Shown: positions 18,722 through 28,824 of the stretch, one piece after another
Layout: every line of letters starts with the position of its first letter
Position numbering within the stretch: the first letter of the stretch is position 1
DNA from: Verrucomicrobiota bacterium
Lineage (GTDB): Bacteria; Verrucomicrobiota; Verrucomicrobiia; Limisphaerales; AAA164-E04
Assembly: GCA_047947115.1 (NCBI GenBank)
Contig: CP170459.1
Location: forward strand, 5,216,001-5,280,000
Direction of reading: 5' to 3'
DNA: 64,000 nucleotides
Translations under genes and position numbers: made by a program
Notes under the pieces: generated by a model
Seen by the model: the letters and a program-made list of their open reading frames with translations, nothing else
Database searches by the model: none
Told to the model about the DNA's origin: nothing

Positions 18722-20922
18722 AAACGCATCAAAAATTCATTTGCAGCCAACATTGCCCGACATAGCTCTTCCCAGTCGGAGCTTTCACCCTTTCCCAAGA
18801 ACCATTCGGCTTCCTTTGTTTCCTCGGAGGTGATCGGACGATTCAACAAAACCAGATATAAATATGACAAACGATCCCTGATCGTCCCTGGTTCCCCAAG
18901 CATCCGTTCGGCGAGAGCTTTGGCGTGTTGCTTGACAACCGGGCTGTTCATCAAAAACAAAGCCTGGGTGGGAACGGTGGTGACCGTCCGTTGACCTGTG
19001 AATTGAGACGGTTGGGGAAAATCAAAAACATTTCGCAACGCAGCCGGTCCGGGTTGTCCGGTATGTCGGATCACGGGAAGATAGATGGTGCGTTCGTGTT
19101 GCTGTTCCGGACGCCATTTTGAAAAACGAAAGCTTGGTGGATTGACATCCGCGGGATTCAGTCCCCCGACGTTTTCCACGAACTCCAGAGGCAAGGCAGG
19201 CCCGCCACCGGATGGCTTGAGCATGCCGGAAACATAAATCATCGCATCACGTAAAGCTTCTGCGTCCAGGCGCGTTCGATGCATCCGCCACAGCATTCGA
19301 TTCTCAGGATCAATCGCTTCTTGTCGCTCGGAACCTTGGCTGGAGAGCCGGTAGGTCCTCGTCAACACCAGACCGCGAATCAACTTTTTGACGGACCAAT
19401 CCTGCTCTCGCAACTGCAATGCAAGGAAATCCAGCAGCTCCGGATGCGAAGGCTGATCGCCCGGCAAGCCGAAATAATCCACCGACCGGACCAATCCTTC
19501 TCCGAAAAGTTTTTGCCAGACTCGATTCACGATCACGCGCGCGGTGAGCGGATTCGACACCACCCAATCTGCCAGTTCCCGTCGACCACTTTGAGAAGCC
19601 GGTATGTCAGGAGTGTCACCGGATTGACAAACCTGAAGAAAACCTCGTTCAACCAGGTCACCCAAGGCACGTGGATTGCCCCGTATGGTGATCCGCATAT
19701 CCGTGGGCGTATCGACATCGTGCACCCCATGTGCTTTGGGAACGTCCGGATAGAAAAATTCCGCGTGTTCGATCAATTGATTGAGACGCCCGATCCGACG
19801 CGCCCGTTCGTCGCGCTCCTGCGTCCACTTTTGTTGTTCCGCTTCAGACGGAGTCCCACCTTTAAGCAGATCTTCCAGCTGAGCCCGACGCACCTGGGCC
19901 TCTTGCCGTTCATTGCGCCAGTCGTTCAGTTGGCGTTCATGAGTCCTTGTCTGCAGTTCCCTCTGTGTTTTTTGTTCCTCGGTTTCAGGCAATTCCACCA
20001 GATTCACATCACTCCACACACCGCGATTGGTTTTGTAAATGGATGATGTGTTGTGAAAGAACCCGGCCATGGCATAGTAGTCACGCAAGGAAATGGGATC
20101 AAATTTGTGCGCATGGCACCGTGCACATTCGAGCGTCATCGCCAGGAACGTCTTACCAACTTTGTTCAGTTGCTGATCCACAATATCCACCCTCAGCTTG
20201 GCTTTGTCGGCCTCCACGATCTCCACGTCACCCAACACCAGAAAACCGGTAGCGGTCAGCGCGGCAGCTTGTCCCTCCACACTCTCGGCTTCCAATAGAT
20301 CACCCGCGATCTGTTCGCGCACAAAGTGATCGAAAGGCTTGTCCTCATTCAAAGCATCGATGACATAATCACGGTAACGCCATGCATGCTGGGCAAAGAC
20401 GTTGTTGGAGGTACCGATCTGATCAGCATATCCCACCAGATCCAGCCAATGCCGAGCCCAACGTTCCCCGAAAGCCCGTGAAGCAAGCAACCGATCCACG
20501 ACGGCTTCCCTGGCTTCGGGCGTGTTTTGGTTCACGAAGGATTCGATCGCTTCCACTGATGGAGGCAGTCCCGTCAAATCAAAATGAACACGACGCAACC
20601 ATGTATAAGGATCCGCATCGGCTACCGGCGACAAGTCGGCTTCTTCCATACCTGCCAACAGGTAAGAGTCCACTTCATTCTGCGGCCATGCTTTATTGTG
20701 AACAGGTGGAACATTGGAAGCACGAAGCGGTTGAAAAGCCCAATGATCACTGCCTGACAAGGAGATGGAACCAGGATTTGCTGTTTCAGCTCCAATTGAA
20801 CCCGACAAGCCACAGATCCATATGGAAAGGGCAACCAACAGCCCTCCAATAAAATGAGAAACACCTGGACTTCGATAGAGAAGCCTTCGACGATCGGCCG
20901 GTCTGGATTTTTGTTCCTTCAT
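18718..20922 (-). CDS. DUF1549/DUF1553 (PSD1-type) protein
   Basis: Motifs HWAFQP, FGERWARHWLD, CARCHAHK, RVIVNRVWQ and PTQAL. The start is set at ATG 20922 because the longer ORF runs into a REP element. Confidence 0.88.
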   Translation of the reverse strand: MKEQKSRPADRRRLLYRSPGVSHFIGGLLVALSIWICGLSGSIGAETANPGSISLSGSDHWAFQPLRASNVPPVHNKAWPQNEVDSYLLAGMEEADLSPVADADPYTWLRRVHFDLTGLPPSVEAIESFVNQNTPEAREAVVDRLLASRAFGERWARHWLDLVGYADQIGTSNNVFAQHAWRYRDYVIDALNEDKPFDHFVREQIAGDLLEAESVEGQAAALTATGFLVLGDVEIVEADKAKLRVDIVDQQLNKVGKTFLAMTLECARCHAHKFDPISLRDYYAMAGFFHNTSSIYKTNRGVWSDVNLVELPETEEQKTQRELQTRTHERQLNDWRNERQEAQVRRAQLEDLLKGGTPSEAEQQKWTQERDERARRIGRLNQLIEHAEFFYPDVPKAHGVHDVDTPTDMRITIRGNPRALGDLVERGFLQVCQSGDTPDIPASQSGRRELADWVVSNPLTARVIVNRVWQKLFGEGLVRSVDYFGLPGDQPSHPELLDFLALQLREQDWSVKKLIRGLVLTRTYRLSSQGSERQEAIDPENRMLWRMHRTRLDAEALRDAMIYVSGMLKPSGGGPALPLEFVENVGGLNPADVNPPSFRFSKWRPEQQHERTIYLPVIRHTGQPGPAALRNVFDFPQPSQFTGQRTVTTVPTQALFLMNSPVVKQHAKALAERMLGEPGTIRDRLSYLYLVLLNRPITSEETKEAEWFLGKGESSDWEELCRAMLAANEFLMRL

Positions 20923-21023
20923 GACGGATACGACACCCGGAGGGTCGAGAGTTCTTGGGTAATGTGGGAAGGATATTATGAGGAAACATTGATGAAGTGA
21001 AGGGAATTCCGCGCAATTCGCCC

Positions 21024-21234
21024 CGGGTAGTTGCGTGGCCGTCCCTGGCGCACCCCTCTTGGCATTCAAACCACCTGCACCTCACCTTTTGGGAAGCCTG
21101 CGATCTCCAATGGTTTTAATTCCACACAATCACACACGATAGGGATGGGCGTTCCCCTACGTCAGGATTGCCATTCGTAAGGTTGTTGAAAACAGGTAAG
21201 CCACAAGGTGCGGACCGGGACGGTCCGGTCTACC
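21024..21234. mobile_element. ~211-bp REPIN-like element, family A, diverged copy 3
   Basis: CGGGTAG..GCCGTCCCTGGCG left end, conserved GGGAAGCCT and CGTCAGG blocks, and AAGCCACAAGGTGCGGACCGGGACGGTCCGGTCTACC right end. Confidence 0.75.
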
Positions 21235-21279
21235 AGGACTCGCTCCGAGGTAGTGCGTACCATTTACTCTGCTTAAGGA

Positions 21280-22617
21280 TCAAAGTCGTTCAGCCTCTTG
21301 AAGGGCCGCTTCGAGGTAATCTGCCAGATGCATCACCCTTACCTCAACGTATCCCTGTTGTTTAAGACCGGATTCGATCTGTAGGATGCACCCCGGATTG
21401 GTGGTGACAACGATGTGAGCTTCCGTTTTTCGGATGTGGGATACTTTTCTGCGTTGCAAACGACCCGCCATGTCCGGTTCTGTCAGGTTGTAACTCCCGG
21501 CGCTGCCGCAACAGATTTCCGATTCCGGCAACTCAACATAGTATTCTCCCGCAACAGCTTTAACCAAATCCCTTGGTTGTCGAGTGATCCCCTGGGCATG
21601 AGCAAGATGGCAGGCGTCATGGAAGGTTGTCGGGCGTCCAAACAGGCTTGCCGGTGAGGTTGTTTTTTCACCGCAAGCCAAGCGGCGCCCTTTTTCCAGC
21701 AATGCATCCAAAGCTTTCCAGCCTACTTCATCCATCCATTCGGACAAATCCCGGACCTTCCCAACAAATTGTTCGGCGGCGTCCCTCTCCCGGAAATCAC
21801 CTTCAAGGAGATGGTGGTATTCTTTCAGGGTCGAACCGCATCCCGCCGCGTTGATCAAAATGGTATCGCAATCGGCCTGGCCGAATGCTTGCAGATTCAC
21901 CCGTGCAACACCTCTCGCCATATCCAATTGCCCGCTGTGCGCATAAAGCGCACCGCAACATACCTGATCCCGGGGAATGACGACGTCATAACCCAAACGA
22001 TTCAGCAAACGAATGGTCGATTGATGCGTCCCACCGAATAAAACCGGCATCACACACCCACTCACCATCCCGATGCGCCCTTTGCTTGGCAGGTTTTCGG
22101 CAGGTGAGCATTCAGGCAGTTTTCGCAGTTCCAAGGAATCCGGCGCAAGATTCAATGCTTCCCTCAGGAACTGCGGAAGCAGGTGGCCGATGTCCATTCG
22201 TTTCGCCCAAACGGCGGGAATGAGAGCCAGACGAAAACGATTGGGATAAGGAAACACTTTTTCAATCATCACACGCCGTAACAGTCGTTGAAACCAGGGA
22301 CGTCGCATGGTGTGTTCCATGTGGTCGCGCGTGTGTTCCAACAATGCACCATATTGCACCCCGCTTGGGCAGGCGGTTTCGCAGGCACGACAACCAAGAC
22401 ATCGATCAATATGCTCTGCCGGAGAAACGGTGGCATCCAGGGACAAACGACCCTGTTGAATCGAGCGCATCAGATAAATGCGCCCACGCGGGGAATCGTT
22501 TTCGTTGCCGGTTTCCAGATAGGTCGGACAGGACGCCAGACACAGCCCGCAATGAACACAGGCCAAAGCCTTCTTTTCATCCAGGAACGATTCGATCTGT
22601 TCGATGGCGGCTGGCAT
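21280..22617 (-). CDS. glcF: Glycolate oxidase iron-sulfur subunit
   Basis: Two 4Fe-4S motifs (CVHCGLCLASCPTY and CLGCRACETACPSGV) and two CCG domains (CCGA, GCG, HDACHL, CCGSAG). Confidence 0.88.
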   Translation of the reverse strand: MPAAIEQIESFLDEKKALACVHCGLCLASCPTYLETGNENDSPRGRIYLMRSIQQGRLSLDATVSPAEHIDRCLGCRACETACPSGVQYGALLEHTRDHMEHTMRRPWFQRLLRRVMIEKVFPYPNRFRLALIPAVWAKRMDIGHLLPQFLREALNLAPDSLELRKLPECSPAENLPSKGRIGMVSGCVMPVLFGGTHQSTIRLLNRLGYDVVIPRDQVCCGALYAHSGQLDMARGVARVNLQAFGQADCDTILINAAGCGSTLKEYHHLLEGDFRERDAAEQFVGKVRDLSEWMDEVGWKALDALLEKGRRLACGEKTTSPASLFGRPTTFHDACHLAHAQGITRQPRDLVKAVAGEYYVELPESEICCGSAGSYNLTEPDMAGRLQRRKVSHIRKTEAHIVVTTNPGCILQIESGLKQQGYVEVRVMHLADYLEAALQEAERL

Positions 22618-22624
22618 GGTCTAT

Positions 22625-23632
22625 TCAGGGTAGTGGTGGCAGAATGCCATTCGGGTCAAATGTCCGCTTCATCCGTTCTTCCAGAACGGTGACCCGATTT
22701 GTCGCGACGTTTTGGCGGGAACCAAAATAATAAGCGCTCCCCTGTCCCATGCGTACAAGAAAGGCATGCTCGTGAGGCATCCCCGCGATCCATTCCGGCA
22801 ATCGGCTGGGAAGCATGGATTCCCGGGTGGCTTCCTGCCAGGACCGACCGGCCCAAAACGTTTGTTCGTGATCCAACGCCGAAGGAAGCATCGCATCGGG
22901 GCGTCTCTCATAGCTGTAATCTTCCCGCCAAGGACGCCCGGATTGCACGAGATCACCGCACCATTGATCAACCGCTTCCCGCTTGCCGGCATATCCAATG
23001 ATCAGCTTTCCAAATCGTCCCTCCTCACTATCCCCCTCAGGCTCTTCTCTGAAAAAGTCAAACACCGCCGGAATCACTTCCTGATGGAGTGTGCGCAGTC
23101 CGGTCAAACAATCCCTCAAGGCCTCAAGGCTGCTCACCTCCAGGCTGAACATGCGTTCTTTTTCCGGAAGCGGAACAAGTTTGAATGTCATTGATGTGAC
23201 CACCCCAAGGCTTCCTCCGGCTCCGATGAACAGTTTGCAGAGATCAAACCCGGCAACATTCTTGACGACCTGGCCGCCTGATTTGATGATTTGCCCGTCG
23301 GCGTGCACTGCTTCCAACCCAATGACATAATCCCGAAGAACACCATTACCATTGCGACGGGGTCCGGAAGGATTTTGGTTGATTAAATGCCCAAGAGTCC
23401 AATGGTCGACATTCGGAGGATCCAAGGGAAGCCACTGACCATTTCGCACCAGCAAGGCCTGCAGGTCGCTGAGACTCAGTCCTGCTTCGACAGTCACGGT
23501 CATGTCTTCCGGAGAATAGGAACGAACCTGATTCAACGCGCCCAGATCAAGCGAACCGACTGGCTCCCCAGAGGCGTTTGCCTTTGCCAGGTGATCCGAA
23601 AGTTCCTGAATGTTACCGGGCGACATGCTCAT
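22625..23632 (-). CDS. glcE: FAD-binding oxidoreductase, GlcE-like
   Basis: Motifs TVTVEAG, LDPP, GGQVVKNVAGFDL, GSLGVV and KRTFDPNGIL; directly upstream of glcF. Confidence 0.78.
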   Translation of the reverse strand: MSMSPGNIQELSDHLAKANASGEPVGSLDLGALNQVRSYSPEDMTVTVEAGLSLSDLQALLVRNGQWLPLDPPNVDHWTLGHLINQNPSGPRRNGNGVLRDYVIGLEAVHADGQIIKSGGQVVKNVAGFDLCKLFIGAGGSLGVVTSMTFKLVPLPEKERMFSLEVSSLEALRDCLTGLRTLHQEVIPAVFDFFREEPEGDSEEGRFGKLIIGYAGKREAVDQWCGDLVQSGRPWREDYSYERRPDAMLPSALDHEQTFWAGRSWQEATRESMLPSRLPEWIAGMPHEHAFLVRMGQGSAYYFGSRQNVATNRVTVLEERMKRTFDPNGILPPLP

Positions 23633-23638
23633 GAGTTA

Positions 23639-24271
23639 TTACAAGTATTTCAGCAATATGAACCCACCGATCAAGAAGATCATAAATGCCCAGGCACAAA
23701 GGTTGAAATATTTTTCGATGAAAGCCTTGATGGATGGTCCAAAAAAGAAAAGCAAGGTAGCCACTGCAAAGAAACGCAAAGAACGCCCTACAACCGATGC
23801 CAGCATGAAGCTTGTAAAAGAAAACTCAAACGCACCGGACGCGATGGTGAACACTTTGTAAGGGATCGGGGTCACAGCAGCCAGGAGGTTCCCCCAAAAT
23901 CCATAGGTATCATACCATGTTTTGATTTTCTCCATCACCGCTTCGCCGTGATAGGCTTTCACGATGGGTTCCCCGATCATCTCAAATCCATAAAGACCGA
24001 TCCCATACCCGGCAATCCCCCCCAGCAACGATCCCAAGGTGCAGATGGCCGCGAATCGATAGGCCTTGGTCACTGATCCCACACATAAGGCGATCAGGAG
24101 GACGTCCGGTGGAATGGGAAAAAACGACGACTCCGCAAAGGCGATCAGGAACAACGCCCAGGTGCCTTGAGGTTTTTCGGCCCAGGAAATGGTCCAGTCG
24201 TAGAGCCATCGCATCCATCGCATGGGGGCGAACCCTGATTTTTCACTTGCTTGTATCTCTGCTTTTTCCAT
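23639..24271 (-). CDS. YqaA/DedA-family (VTT domain) membrane protein
   Basis: Motifs FAESSFFPIPPD, GSLLGG, TPIPYKVFTI and GRSLRF. Confidence 0.9.
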   Translation of the reverse strand: MEKAEIQASEKSGFAPMRWMRWLYDWTISWAEKPQGTWALFLIAFAESSFFPIPPDVLLIALCVGSVTKAYRFAAICTLGSLLGGIAGYGIGLYGFEMIGEPIVKAYHGEAVMEKIKTWYDTYGFWGNLLAAVTPIPYKVFTIASGAFEFSFTSFMLASVVGRSLRFFAVATLLFFFGPSIKAFIEKYFNLCAWAFMIFLIGGFILLKYL

Positions 24272-24331
24272 GTGCAAAGAAAGGAGTGGACGTCAATAAT
24301 TCGACGGCGTCAAGTCTGCCCGCATGGAAGA

Positions 24332-25960
24332 TTAATTTGGCTGCACTTCTCCGCACAAGTGAGTCTCGATTCCTAGCGCCTGCATCATGGCAGCCTTGAT
24401 CCGGCATCCACGATGAGCCTGCTTCTGGTTCGGCGTATACACGACCTGAATGTGATTGGATTTGTGGCGTGCCATCATCTGGTCGCGTGACACCCCCTGA
24501 AGCACGGCATGCATGATGGGCCACTGCGGGGTTGTTTCCTGCCAGCGACGTTCGGTTTCGGCTTCGGGCAACTTGACCACTTCAGCCACCCCCAGGTCGC
24601 ACTGGAGTTTACCATCCATCACAAACACACGACTCCAAACAATCCAGCCGGGTTTCGAAACACCCTTGACCGTGCCACCTCCCAGACGGAAATACATGGC
24701 TGGTTGACGTTCGCTGGACGTTCCTCGATAGCCACCCATGAAGTGTGCGGGAGGCGCCGCGCCACTGATGAGGAACACCCAGACGTAATCATTGATCCCC
24801 TTGCCCTTGTAATGAGCCCCCCAGCGCAAATCATGCAAGGTCGTTTCCGGAGCCCAACCCAGTTGATTCCACAGACGATTTGTCACCAGAGCATCAAGCC
24901 CGGCACATTCATCGACTTCGTTGAAATGTGGAATGGCGCTTTTCTTGTAGAGTTCACGGCCGGTTTCGGGATCCTTCACAGGAGGACGATCCGTGTTGTT
25001 CAACAGCCCCTCCACCAAGTCACTTGCAGGAAGCAGGTCTTTGAGACCTTGTTGATATTGAATACCGATGGTGTCGCAGCCGAAAGTGTCCGCAATCCGA
25101 ACCGCGGCAATATACATCTTGCACTGCAGCAGAATCTGAGACTCCGTAAGCTCGGTTTCTTCGTTCTGGCCGAGCTGAAACTTCATCCCCTTCTTCTGCA
25201 ACCAACTGTAAACCGCCTGGGCTTCCTTGTCCGATACCTCTCGCGATGCGGCATACAAAGCGGATTGGCTGAGACGCTCTTTGAAAACTCCGACAGGATT
25301 GAGCAGCTCATCGGGAATGATGGCATTGTGCATGCCCATGCAACCCTCGTCGAACACGCCCATAATGGCCTTCTGCCCATGCAGATCATCAGCCGCTTGG
25401 CGTCCCAAAGCAGCTTCATCAGCAGGCAACTTGATCAGGTTCAAAGGGCGCACATGGCTTTGATCGTGATCGATGGTTCCCTCTTCAAGCCACTGACGCA
25501 ATCCGTTCAAGAAAAAACCATCTTTGAAATCTTCACTCCAGAGCGTGCTGTAGGATACACCCATCTTGGTCAGGGAACCGTTCAAATTCAACATGCCTAC
25601 CAATCCCGGCCAGGTGCCACTCCAGTTGGCAACCGTCAGGATGGGAGCGCGATGTGTGAACAAACCGGGCAGGATGTGCTGACTGTATTGCCAGACGGAT
25701 TCGGCTACAATCAAGGGAGTGGTCGGATCGATGGAACGAAAGACCTCCAACCCCATCTTCTGGGAATCAATGAAGCCGTGCTTCTTCGTAGCGTCGTAGG
25801 CATGGGCTCGCACGACTTTCCACCCTTCTTTACGCAGAGCGCGCGTGAGGGTGTCTTCCATCTTTTTCTGCTCTTTCCAACACTTCTGATTGGCGGAAAG
25901 GCGCAGGTCACCATTGGCGATCAAATAAACCGAACGAGATTTGGATGTCTTCTTGCTCAT
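24332..25960 (-). CDS. L-fucose/L-arabinose isomerase-like protein
   Basis: Motifs [43 protein letters not shown] and NHIQV fit the FucI-like fold with E/D/H metal ligands. The substrate is unknown. Confidence 0.75.
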   Translation of the reverse strand: MSKKTSKSRSVYLIANGDLRLSANQKCWKEQKKMEDTLTRALRKEGWKVVRAHAYDATKKHGFIDSQKMGLEVFRSIDPTTPLIVAESVWQYSQHILPGLFTHRAPILTVANWSGTWPGLVGMLNLNGSLTKMGVSYSTLWSEDFKDGFFLNGLRQWLEEGTIDHDQSHVRPLNLIKLPADEAALGRQAADDLHGQKAIMGVFDEGCMGMHNAIIPDELLNPVGVFKERLSQSALYAASREVSDKEAQAVYSWLQKKGMKFQLGQNEETELTESQILLQCKMYIAAVRIADTFGCDTIGIQYQQGLKDLLPASDLVEGLLNNTDRPPVKDPETGRELYKKSAIPHFNEVDECAGLDALVTNRLWNQLGWAPETTLHDLRWGAHYKGKGINDYVWVFLISGAAPPAHFMGGYRGTSSERQPAMYFRLGGGTVKGVSKPGWIVWSRVFVMDGKLQCDLGVAEVVKLPEAETERRWQETTPQWPIMHAVLQGVSRDQMMARHKSNHIQVVYTPNQKQAHRGCRIKAAMMQALGIETHLCGEVQPN

Positions 25961-26114
25961 AGATAATGTCCGTAATGCGAGAGAGTGTAGGACATTTTGA
26001 ACAATAAACCAGATTTATCCGACAGCGGGCAACCAACAGAATAGTCGTGCATTTTCAAAAAAAAGTGCCAGGATCGGATAAGGGCAAAGGATGCCCTTAT
26101 GACAGGAGGCCCGT

Positions 26115-28724
26115 ATGAATCGCCACTTACTTTTTCAAAATGCATGGGTGTGGATATTTCTTTACCTCACATGGTTCCCCATTTGCTCGAATGCTCAGGA
26201 AAGCGAGATTTACAACAATGGGAACATAGCCTCTGTGATCAACAACCCCGACAGCCCAACCGTTTTCAATCTGGAACATCCAACCTTTGTCTCGTATGTA
26301 AGCACCTACCACTGGAATTTTGCCAAGGGCGCCACGCCGGGGACCATCGCCCTCCGTTCCGCTGAAGGCATCACCTACGGCCCCTGGAACGCAAGTGGGC
26401 GCGACGGGCAGGGAAATGTGGTTGGAGCGAACTGGGATACCCGCCCCAACATCCTGCTTCCAATGGGTGTCTATACAGTGATCGATTCCGACCCGTCAAC
26501 ATGGTCGCAAAACAATGGTTCCGGCAATAAAGGTTTTGTGACGGTCCGAGGTGTGGTGTTGGCGAATCAAATTGTCAAATCGGACAATCAATTCCCCATC
26601 ACGATTTTTGACAACAACAACAAAGCCGCCGTTCTCAACGGCCCTACCTCCCCCACCCGGTTCGAAATCAAGGAATTCGCATTGATCACTTTTATCAGCA
26701 CTTACCATTGGAATTTTGGATCCGGTGCGACTCCCTGCATTCTCTCGCTGAAAAACGAACAAGGCGCGACTTTCGGTCCCTGGAACGTCACTCCTCGTGC
26801 TGGTCAAAACAACACCCCCAATGCAAATTGGGATGCCAGGCCTAACGAGATTTTGCCACCTGGTCTGTATACCGTTATGGATTCCGATCCGGACACCTGG
26901 TCACGCAACTCAGATTCAAACAACCAGGGATTCGCGAACATCCAGGGAATCCCGCTCAGCTCAGGCACCACCTCCTTTCAAAAGGAATTCGAACTGGCGC
27001 TGGGACTGAAAACCACCTGGACGCTGAGCGGAGAATCCAACTGGTTCACCCAAAGCAGCGAAACCAAATCCGGCGAAACCGCTCTCCAAAGCGGCTCCAT
27101 CGGGCACGGACAGGTTTCACGCCTTCAAACTACCTTGCGAGGCCCCGGTGAACTTTCCTATTTCTGGAAAGCTTCTTCTGAAGGAGCCGATTCACTGATC
27201 CTGATCATGGACGGAGAATCGGTCACCTGGATCAGCGGTGAAACGGACTGGCAGGAAGTGCGAATCCCCATACGCTGGGGGGAAAATGAACTTGCATGGG
27301 AATATCGCAAGGATGGCTCGGTCGACCGGGGCGCCGATGCGGTTTGGCTGGATGAGGTCAATTATATCCCGGTGGAATTGATCGACCTGGAGGAGGCACT
27401 AATTTATGCACCACACCCCATTAAGACCAGCGAAGTAAGTCCATGGTTTGGACAGAAGAAAGAGCTTTATCAGGGCCAACCCGCAGCCCAAACCGGAAAC
27501 ATCGACCATCAACAATCCACCCGAATGACCATGACCGTGGAAGGTCCGGGCTTCTTGAGTTGGGCCTGGAAATCGTCCACGGAACCTTCGGACCGCATTC
27601 GATTACTCGATGGCGAGAACGTCCTGGCCAGTATCGGCGGTGAAAACGACTGGAGCACGGAAAGCCGTTCTTTACGCTGGGGAACCCATCAGCTCAGCTG
27701 GGAATACGCAAAGGATGGCAACGTCAGCCTATATGAAGACGCCGGCTGGGTGTCAGCAATTTCATATGCACAGGTGATTCTATCGGATCTACCCACCGCA
27801 CTCAATCACACCAAAACAACCTGGACAACGGACACGGAACGCCCGTGGTTTGGTCAATCGGCTGTCGCCATTGAAGATGGATTTTCGGCTCAATCCGGAA
27901 ATATTTCACACAATCAGGCAACCCAGATCTCAACAACCATTCCTGGTCCCGCTCATCTCATTTTCCATTGGAAGGCTTCCACCGAAGGGGCCGACAGATG
28001 CACCTTTGCCATCAATGGCAACAATCTCTCAAGTATTTCGGGAGAAACAGACTGGCAACAGTTGGTTTACTACCTGAACGAAGGTCCCAATGACTTGGCA
28101 TGGACCTATCAAAAGGACGGAAACATAGATGCCGGCTTTGACGCTGTTTGGCTGGATCAAATCCAGACCACACCTCCCGACCATATCCGATTGCCAGTGG
28201 TTCCGACCGTGCCACCGGATGGAGGGATCGTACAACTCAGGTCCGCACAGGGTCAGGTGTTTTTGTTCGAAATCACCGGTTCAACCGATGGCAGCATCTG
28301 GGGCACGGACATTTATACCGACGATTCCAACTTGGCCAAGGCAGCCGTTCATGCAGGCATTCTCGCACCAGGTGAAACAGGCGTCGTCAAAACCATCATC
28401 CTCCCAGGCATGACTCAATACGAGGCATCCGAACGCCACGGAGTACAAAGCAACACGTATGGGAACTGGGCTGGAAGTTATCGGTTGGAAGGCTACATGC
28501 CTGCCACGGATACCGTTCCCACACTCGTCACGCAATTGATCAATGCGAGTTTGATTTTGACCTGGAATGGAGACCCTGATGATTGGAATCTCTTTGTTAC
28601 CCCTTCGTTGACACCACCGGTTCAATGGAAACTCAGCGATGCAACGGTTGAGTGGTCAAACGATGTCAACACCGTACATTTGCCAACAGAAGAAAAGGCT
28701 CAGTTTTTCCAACTTTCAAGGTGA
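26115..28724 (+). CDS. Secreted modular protein: 2 x ~125-aa unknown repeat, 3 x ~135-aa Trp-rich beta-sandwich repeat, LCCL domain, short C-terminal module
   Basis: Signal peptide; TYHWN...YGPW...DSDPxTWS twice; WFxQ...QSGxIxH...WKxSxE...WxYxKDG...WLD three times; LCCL motif WGTDIYTDDSNLAKAAVHAG. Confidence 0.8.
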   Translation: MNRHLLFQNAWVWIFLYLTWFPICSNAQESEIYNNGNIASVINNPDSPTVFNLEHPTFVSYVSTYHWNFAKGATPGTIALRSAEGITYGPWNASGRDGQGNVVGANWDTRPNILLPMGVYTVIDSDPSTWSQNNGSGNKGFVTVRGVVLANQIVKSDNQFPITIFDNNNKAAVLNGPTSPTRFEIKEFALITFISTYHWNFGSGATPCILSLKNEQGATFGPWNVTPRAGQNNTPNANWDARPNEILPPGLYTVMDSDPDTWSRNSDSNNQGFANIQGIPLSSGTTSFQKEFELALGLKTTWTLSGESNWFTQSSETKSGETALQSGSIGHGQVSRLQTTLRGPGELSYFWKASSEGADSLILIMDGESVTWISGETDWQEVRIPIRWGENELAWEYRKDGSVDRGADAVWLDEVNYIPVELIDLEEALIYAPHPIKTSEVSPWFGQKKELYQGQPAAQTGNIDHQQSTRMTMTVEGPGFLSWAWKSSTEPSDRIRLLDGENVLASIGGENDWSTESRSLRWGTHQLSWEYAKDGNVSLYEDAGWVSAISYAQVILSDLPTALNHTKTTWTTDTERPWFGQSAVAIEDGFSAQSGNISHNQATQISTTIPGPAHLIFHWKASTEGADRCTFAINGNNLSSISGETDWQQLVYYLNEGPNDLAWTYQKDGNIDAGFDAVWLDQIQTTPPDHIRLPVVPTVPPDGGIVQLRSAQGQVFLFEITGSTDGSIWGTDIYTDDSNLAKAAVHAGILAPGETGVVKTIILPGMTQYEASERHGVQSNTYGNWAGSYRLEGYMPATDTVPTLVTQLINASLILTWNGDPDDWNLFVTPSLTPPVQWKLSDATVEWSNDVNTVHLPTEEKAQFFQLSR

Positions 28725-28824
28725 AACACCTGCCCTTGACACACTGTAAAAAAGGGGATTGCTTTAACCTCATAAAACCATCAATGGTTTCTGGATTAAA
28801 TTCATTCTGAACTCCAGAAAGCAC

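Noticed and set aside
20923..21069. N-terminal extension of the DUF1549/1553 ORF (likewise 593-640, 45286-45600, 58196-58426)
   Set aside because: These extensions run through repeats or overlap neighbouring genes; downstream ATGs give better starts.
24509..25966. Long antisense ORFs (485 aa here; also 14337-15758, 17942-18994, 5338-6291, 41549-42463, 32583-33455)
   Set aside because: They are shadows opposite well-supported genes, have no recognisable motifs, and are expected from codon bias in GC-rich coding DNA.
28725..28824. SOS box or sigma70 promoter upstream of uvrA
   Set aside because: TTGACA is present at 28736, but there is no properly spaced -10 and no convincing LexA-type palindrome.
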